In this document: positions 60,609 to 64,000 of the stretch, piece by piece
Layout of the letters: each line of letters begins with the position of its first letter
Position numbering within the stretch: the first letter of the stretch is position 1
Assembly: GCA_964001285.1 (NCBI GenBank)
Contig: CAXFAF010000004.1
Span: 9,763-73,762 of the forward strand
Direction of reading: 5' to 3'
DNA: 64,000 nt
Origin: an uncultured bacterium
GTDB taxonomy: Bacteria > Pseudomonadota > Alphaproteobacteria > MED-G09
Notes under the pieces: model-generated
Database searches by the model: none
Told to the model about the DNA's origin: nothing
What the model saw: the letters and a program-made list of their open reading frames with translations, nothing else
Program-made: the position numbers and the translations under genes

Positions 60609-61736
60609 TTATCCAACAGTTGAGTATTTTTTTAGGTGATGGTCAACATTTCCATAAGAATTCTCTATCATTGACAATCTTTTGAAATAATGGCCAACAT
60701 TTAATTCGTCTGTCATGCCCATTCCTCCATGAAGTTGAACGGCACTTTGACCAATAAATTTAGCGGCTTTAGAAATCTGAACTTTTGCACCTGAAGCTGC
60801 TTTTCTTCTTTCATTATATTCTTCATCTAATTTAAGATTAACCATATAGGTCATTGAAACACATTGCTCATATTGCATAAACATATCTACCATTCTATGT
60901 TGAAGAACTTGAAACTTTCCTATTGGTTGGCCAAATTGTTTTCGAGTCTTACAATATTCAACTGTTGCCTCATTTAAAACGCTCATCGCACCTACTGCCT
61001 CAGAACAAATAGCTGCTATAGTCTCGTCAACAACTAACTCTATTAATTCTGACGCTTTTCCTTCTTCTCCAATTAAATTATCTTTTGATACTTTAACATT
61101 TTCAAATGTAATTTCAGAAGCTCTACTACCATCAACAGTTGGATAGTCTCTCAAGGAAAGTCCATCAGCATCTTTTTCAACTATTAGAAGAGATACGCCG
61201 TCAGCATCTCTTTGCTCACCAGAAGTTCTAACAGAAACAATTAATTTATTAGCCCACGGTGCACCAGAAACAACACATTTATAACCATTGATTATAAAGT
61301 CATCTCCTTCAACTGTTGCGCTAGTTGTTAAATCATTAAGATTATAACGTCCTTGTGGTTCTGCATAAGCAAACGCCCAAATATCTTCGCCAGAAATTAT
61401 ACCAGGTATATATTTTTCTTTTTGGTTATTATTTGCTCTTCTTAAAAACCCTCCACATGTTACAATCGTCTGGATATAAGGCTCTACAACCAATCCTTTA
61501 CCAAATTCTTCTGTTACTATCATAGTCTCTACTGGACCAAAATTTAAACCTCCATCTTCTTCAGAAAAAGGCAATCCTAAAAGCCCTAATTCTGAAAACT
61601 GCTTCCAATTTTCTTGTTTCATACCTTCTTCAGATCTTACAATTGCCTGTCTTTTATCAAAATCATAATTATCTTGGATAAATGATTGAATTGTATTTCT
61701 TAATAAAGTTTGTTCTTCACTAAAGGAAAAATCCAT
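60609..61736 (-). CDS. Acyl-CoA dehydrogenase
   Basis: 375 aa with a canonical acyl-CoA dehydrogenase fold (YAEPQGRYN... C-terminal helical domain). Confidence 0.8.
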   Translation of the reverse strand: MDFSFSEEQTLLRNTIQSFIQDNYDFDKRQAIVRSEEGMKQENWKQFSELGLLGLPFSEEDGGLNFGPVETMIVTEEFGKGLVVEPYIQTIVTCGGFLRRANNNQKEKYIPGIISGEDIWAFAYAEPQGRYNLNDLTTSATVEGDDFIINGYKCVVSGAPWANKLIVSVRTSGEQRDADGVSLLIVEKDADGLSLRDYPTVDGSRASEITFENVKVSKDNLIGEEGKASELIELVVDETIAAICSEAVGAMSVLNEATVEYCKTRKQFGQPIGKFQVLQHRMVDMFMQYEQCVSMTYMVNLKLDEEYNERRKAASGAKVQISKAAKFIGQSAVQLHGGMGMTDELNVGHYFKRLSMIENSYGNVDHHLKKYSTVG

Positions 61737-61746
61737 TTTTTGTCTC

Positions 61747-62943
61747 CTATAAACCTAAAACCATTTTGGCTATTATATTTTTTTGAATTTCATTAGAACC
61801 ACCATAAATTGATGTTTTTCTCGTATTAAAATAGTTTTGGGCTGCTCCATGACTGTAGTCAGGCCCTATTGTAAGATAATTTGATCCTTGTCTTTCAAAA
61901 GAAGGTACAAGATAAGGATTGGCATAGTGTCCTACAGCTTCCATTGTTAATTCGGTTATTCTTTGCTGAATCTCAGTTCCTTTAATTTTAAGAATAGACG
62001 ACTCAACCCCAGCACCTTCACCTTTACTTTCCTTAGCAAGGGTTCTTAATTCAGTATATTCAAGAGCTGTTAAATCAACCTCTAAATCAGATATCTTAGT
62101 CATAAAGTCATTATCATTTATTAAAATTCCTCCATCTAAATATTCTGATCCAGCAATCTCTTTCAATCTTTCAATAGCCTTTTTTGATCTTGCAACTCCC
62201 GCAATACCAGTCCTTTCATTTCCTAAAAGGTATTTAGCTATTGTCCATCCATTATTTTCTTCTCCAACAAGGTTTTCAATAGGGACCTTTACATCATCTA
62301 AAAAAACCTCATTAACCTCATGCCCTCCATCCATGGTAATTATTGGCTTAACATCAATTCCTTCAGTTTTCATATCTATTAACAGAAAAGAGATCCCTTC
62401 TTGAGGTTTCCCATCCGTTTTTGTTCTAACTAAACAAAACATCCAGTCAGCAAACTGTGCTAATGTTGTCCAAGTTTTATGGCCATTAACAATGTAGTGA
62501 TCGTCAACTTTTTCTGCTTTAGTCCTTAAGCTTGCTAAATCTGATCCGGCTCCTGGCTCAGAATAACCCTGGCACCACCAATCTTCTCCAGATAAAATTC
62601 CTTTCAAAACCCAATCTTTTTGATCGTCATTCCCAAATCCTATGATAACAGGGCCTAGCATTGTTAATCCAAATGGAATTAATGGTGTAGTGCCTGCATT
62701 AGCGCATTCTTGATCCCATATATATCTTTGAGTGATATTCCAACCTGTGCCACCATATTCTTCAGGCCATTGTGGAGCAATCCAACCTTTTTTATATAAT
62801 ACTTTATGCCAAGACAAGATGTCATCTCTCGTTAAGTCAGTTCGCTTATCGATATCTCTTAATTTTTGAGGAAAGTTTTTACTAATAAAATCTCTAACTT
62901 CTAATCTAAAATCTTCATCTTCTTTTGTAAATTCTAAATCCAT
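61747..62943 (-). CDS. Acyl-CoA dehydrogenase family protein (paralog B of 58580..59791)
   Basis: WWCQGYSEPGAGSDLASL and a C-terminal YGGSNEIQKNIIAKMVLGL. N-terminus is parallel to paralog A. Confidence 0.85.
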   Translation of the reverse strand: MDLEFTKEDEDFRLEVRDFISKNFPQKLRDIDKRTDLTRDDILSWHKVLYKKGWIAPQWPEEYGGTGWNITQRYIWDQECANAGTTPLIPFGLTMLGPVIIGFGNDDQKDWVLKGILSGEDWWCQGYSEPGAGSDLASLRTKAEKVDDHYIVNGHKTWTTLAQFADWMFCLVRTKTDGKPQEGISFLLIDMKTEGIDVKPIITMDGGHEVNEVFLDDVKVPIENLVGEENNGWTIAKYLLGNERTGIAGVARSKKAIERLKEIAGSEYLDGGILINDNDFMTKISDLEVDLTALEYTELRTLAKESKGEGAGVESSILKIKGTEIQQRITELTMEAVGHYANPYLVPSFERQGSNYLTIGPDYSHGAAQNYFNTRKTSIYGGSNEIQKNIIAKMVLGL

Positions 62944-62985
62944 ATCTTAACAAATTCCTATAATAATCAGTTACTTAATAAAATC

Positions 62986-63000
62986 TTATTATTATTATTA
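62986..63000. repeat. (TTA)5 microsatellite followed by an inverted (TAA)n segment in a divergent promoter spacer
   Basis: TTATTATTATTATTATTTAATAATA read directly from the sequence. Confidence 0.8.
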
Positions 63001-63149
63001 TTTAATAATATATTCTTAACAGAGGTTAATACTTAAATCCATCACCTTTTTGGTACTTAAAAGTTAATTATAAATAATATTTAACTTTTTTTCAGATAAG
63101 ATGTAATTGTATTATAAAAGAATATAAAAAAAATTAAGAGCTTACCTAA

Positions 63150-64000
63150 ATGGATAGAAAAGAAGAATATAACAAAATTGCTGAAAGAGTAGTTGGTCAT
63201 GTTCAAAATAAAACTACAGACCAGGCTGAAAATATACTTTCAATTCCAACTTCAGATTATACTTGCGAAAAAAGATGGGAATCTGAAATGGATAAGATAT
63301 TTAAAGAATTACCTTTAATGCTCGCATTATCAATTGAGATTCCCAATAAAGGTGATTACAAAGCCATGGAAGTTGTTGGGATACCAGTTCTTATAACTAG
63401 AGATAAGGAATCTAAAGTTCGCGCTTTTAGGAATGTATGTTCACATCGTGGCGCCCCATTAGCGAATGAAGAAATTGGAAACAAAAGTAAATTTACTTGT
63501 CCCTATCATGGGTGGACATACTCAAACAAAGGTGAGTTAATTGGAATACTTGAAAATTATAAATTTGGAGACCTTGATAAAAGTTGCAATGGACTTCAAG
63601 TTTTACCCTGTGAAGAATTTGGTGGGATGATTTTTGTAACTTTAACACCAAACATAAAACTTAATTTAGATAAATTTCTTGGAGGTATGAAACCTGAGAT
63701 AGAACATTTCAACCTGCAGAATTGGTACTATCATGGCTTTAAAGTAATACATGGAGCTAATTGGAAAATAGCTTTTGACGGCTATTTAGAAGGTTACCAT
63801 TTTTCAACGGCACATAAAGATTCAATTTTACCTATGACAATGCAAGGTATTATGGACTTTTCTTCATTCGGTCCTCATTTGAGAATAGCCTTTGCATCAA
63901 CCAATATTGAAGAAATATTAGAGTTACCAAAAAATGAATGGTGGAAAAAAGAGGGAAAAGGAGTAGATTTCGTTAGAACGCTATTTCCCAATATTTCTAT
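63150..64000 (+). CDS. Rieske [2Fe-2S] ring-hydroxylating oxygenase alpha subunit. Partial: the 3' end lies beyond the window.
   Basis: Rieske motif CSHRGAPL...CPYHGWTY. The open frame from ATG 63150 runs to the window edge. Confidence 0.8.
   Translation, partial: MDRKEEYNKIAERVVGHVQNKTTDQAENILSIPTSDYTCEKRWESEMDKIFKELPLMLALSIEIPNKGDYKAMEVVGIPVLITRDKESKVRAFRNVCSHRGAPLANEEIGNKSKFTCPYHGWTYSNKGELIGILENYKFGDLDKSCNGLQVLPCEEFGGMIFVTLTPNIKLNLDKFLGGMKPEIEHFNLQNWYYHGFKVIHGANWKIAFDGYLEGYHFSTAHKDSILPMTMQGIMDFSSFGPHLRIAFASTNIEEILELPKNEWWKKEGKGVDFVRTLFPNIS

Noticed and set aside
1-64000. tRNA, rRNA, tmRNA, CRISPR or mobile-element search
   Set aside because: No intergenic spacer longer than about 240 nt. 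None of the spacers shows GC-rich cloverleaf arms, repeat-spacer periodicity, terminal inverted repeats or transposase or integrase motifs. GC content is uniform, giving no sign of a horizontally acquired island.

Overview
This 64-kb window is dense core chromosome from a very AT-rich (about 29% GC), streamlined alphaproteobacterium. The low GC, alpha-type synteny and tiny intergenic spacers fit a Pelagibacter/SAR11-like genome. That identification is an inference from composition and gene order, not a database hit. I can support about 69 protein genes, nearly all with recognisable motifs, and I found no rRNA, tRNA, CRISPR array, IS element, integrase or phage gene.

Major blocks, in order:
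- 3' end of a type II topoisomerase B gene (ParE-like).
- A complete SUF Fe-S assembly operon on the minus strand: Rrf2/IscR-like regulator, then sufB, sufC, sufD, sufS, sufT, sufA.
- tyrS, a miniature AsmA/YhdP-like protein, bcp.
- prfB with its programmed +1 frameshift, which the supplied ORF track splits and misses.
- amiC and rne (RNase E) with a structured leader.
- An M48/TPR protease and dsbA.
- aroQ, accB, accC.
- An MlaD-like gene plus an NDUFA12-like complex I accessory homolog.
- aspS, rnd, hdaA, pgsA, purM, purN, ndk, holC, pepA.
- The lptF-lptG-lptD-surA-pdxA-rsmA cell-envelope block.
- gmk and fabF-acpP-fabG-fabD.
- rpsF-rpsR-rplI, dnaB-mlaE-mlaF, cvpA-purF, an SDR gene.
- der-bamB-yfgM, an lpxL-family acyltransferase.
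- xseA with a tightly coupled 62-aa ORF, purD, an APH-family kinase, rpiA, djlA.
- An acyl-CoA dehydrogenase / enoyl-CoA hydratase cluster that contains two tandem dehydrogenase paralogs.
- The start of a Rieske ring-hydroxylating oxygenase gene at the window end.

I did not find an obviously novel defence or mobile system. The observations most worth a second look are:
- The E. coli-identical prfB frameshift cassette.
- The rne leader with a Shine-Dalgarno-preceded 25-codon upstream ORF and nested hairpins.
- A repeat-built lysine-rich RNase E tail.
- Pervasive shared stop codons between convergent genes.
- The xseA-coupled mini-protein.
- The acyl-CoA dehydrogenase/hydratase/oxygenase catabolic cluster of unresolved substrate.
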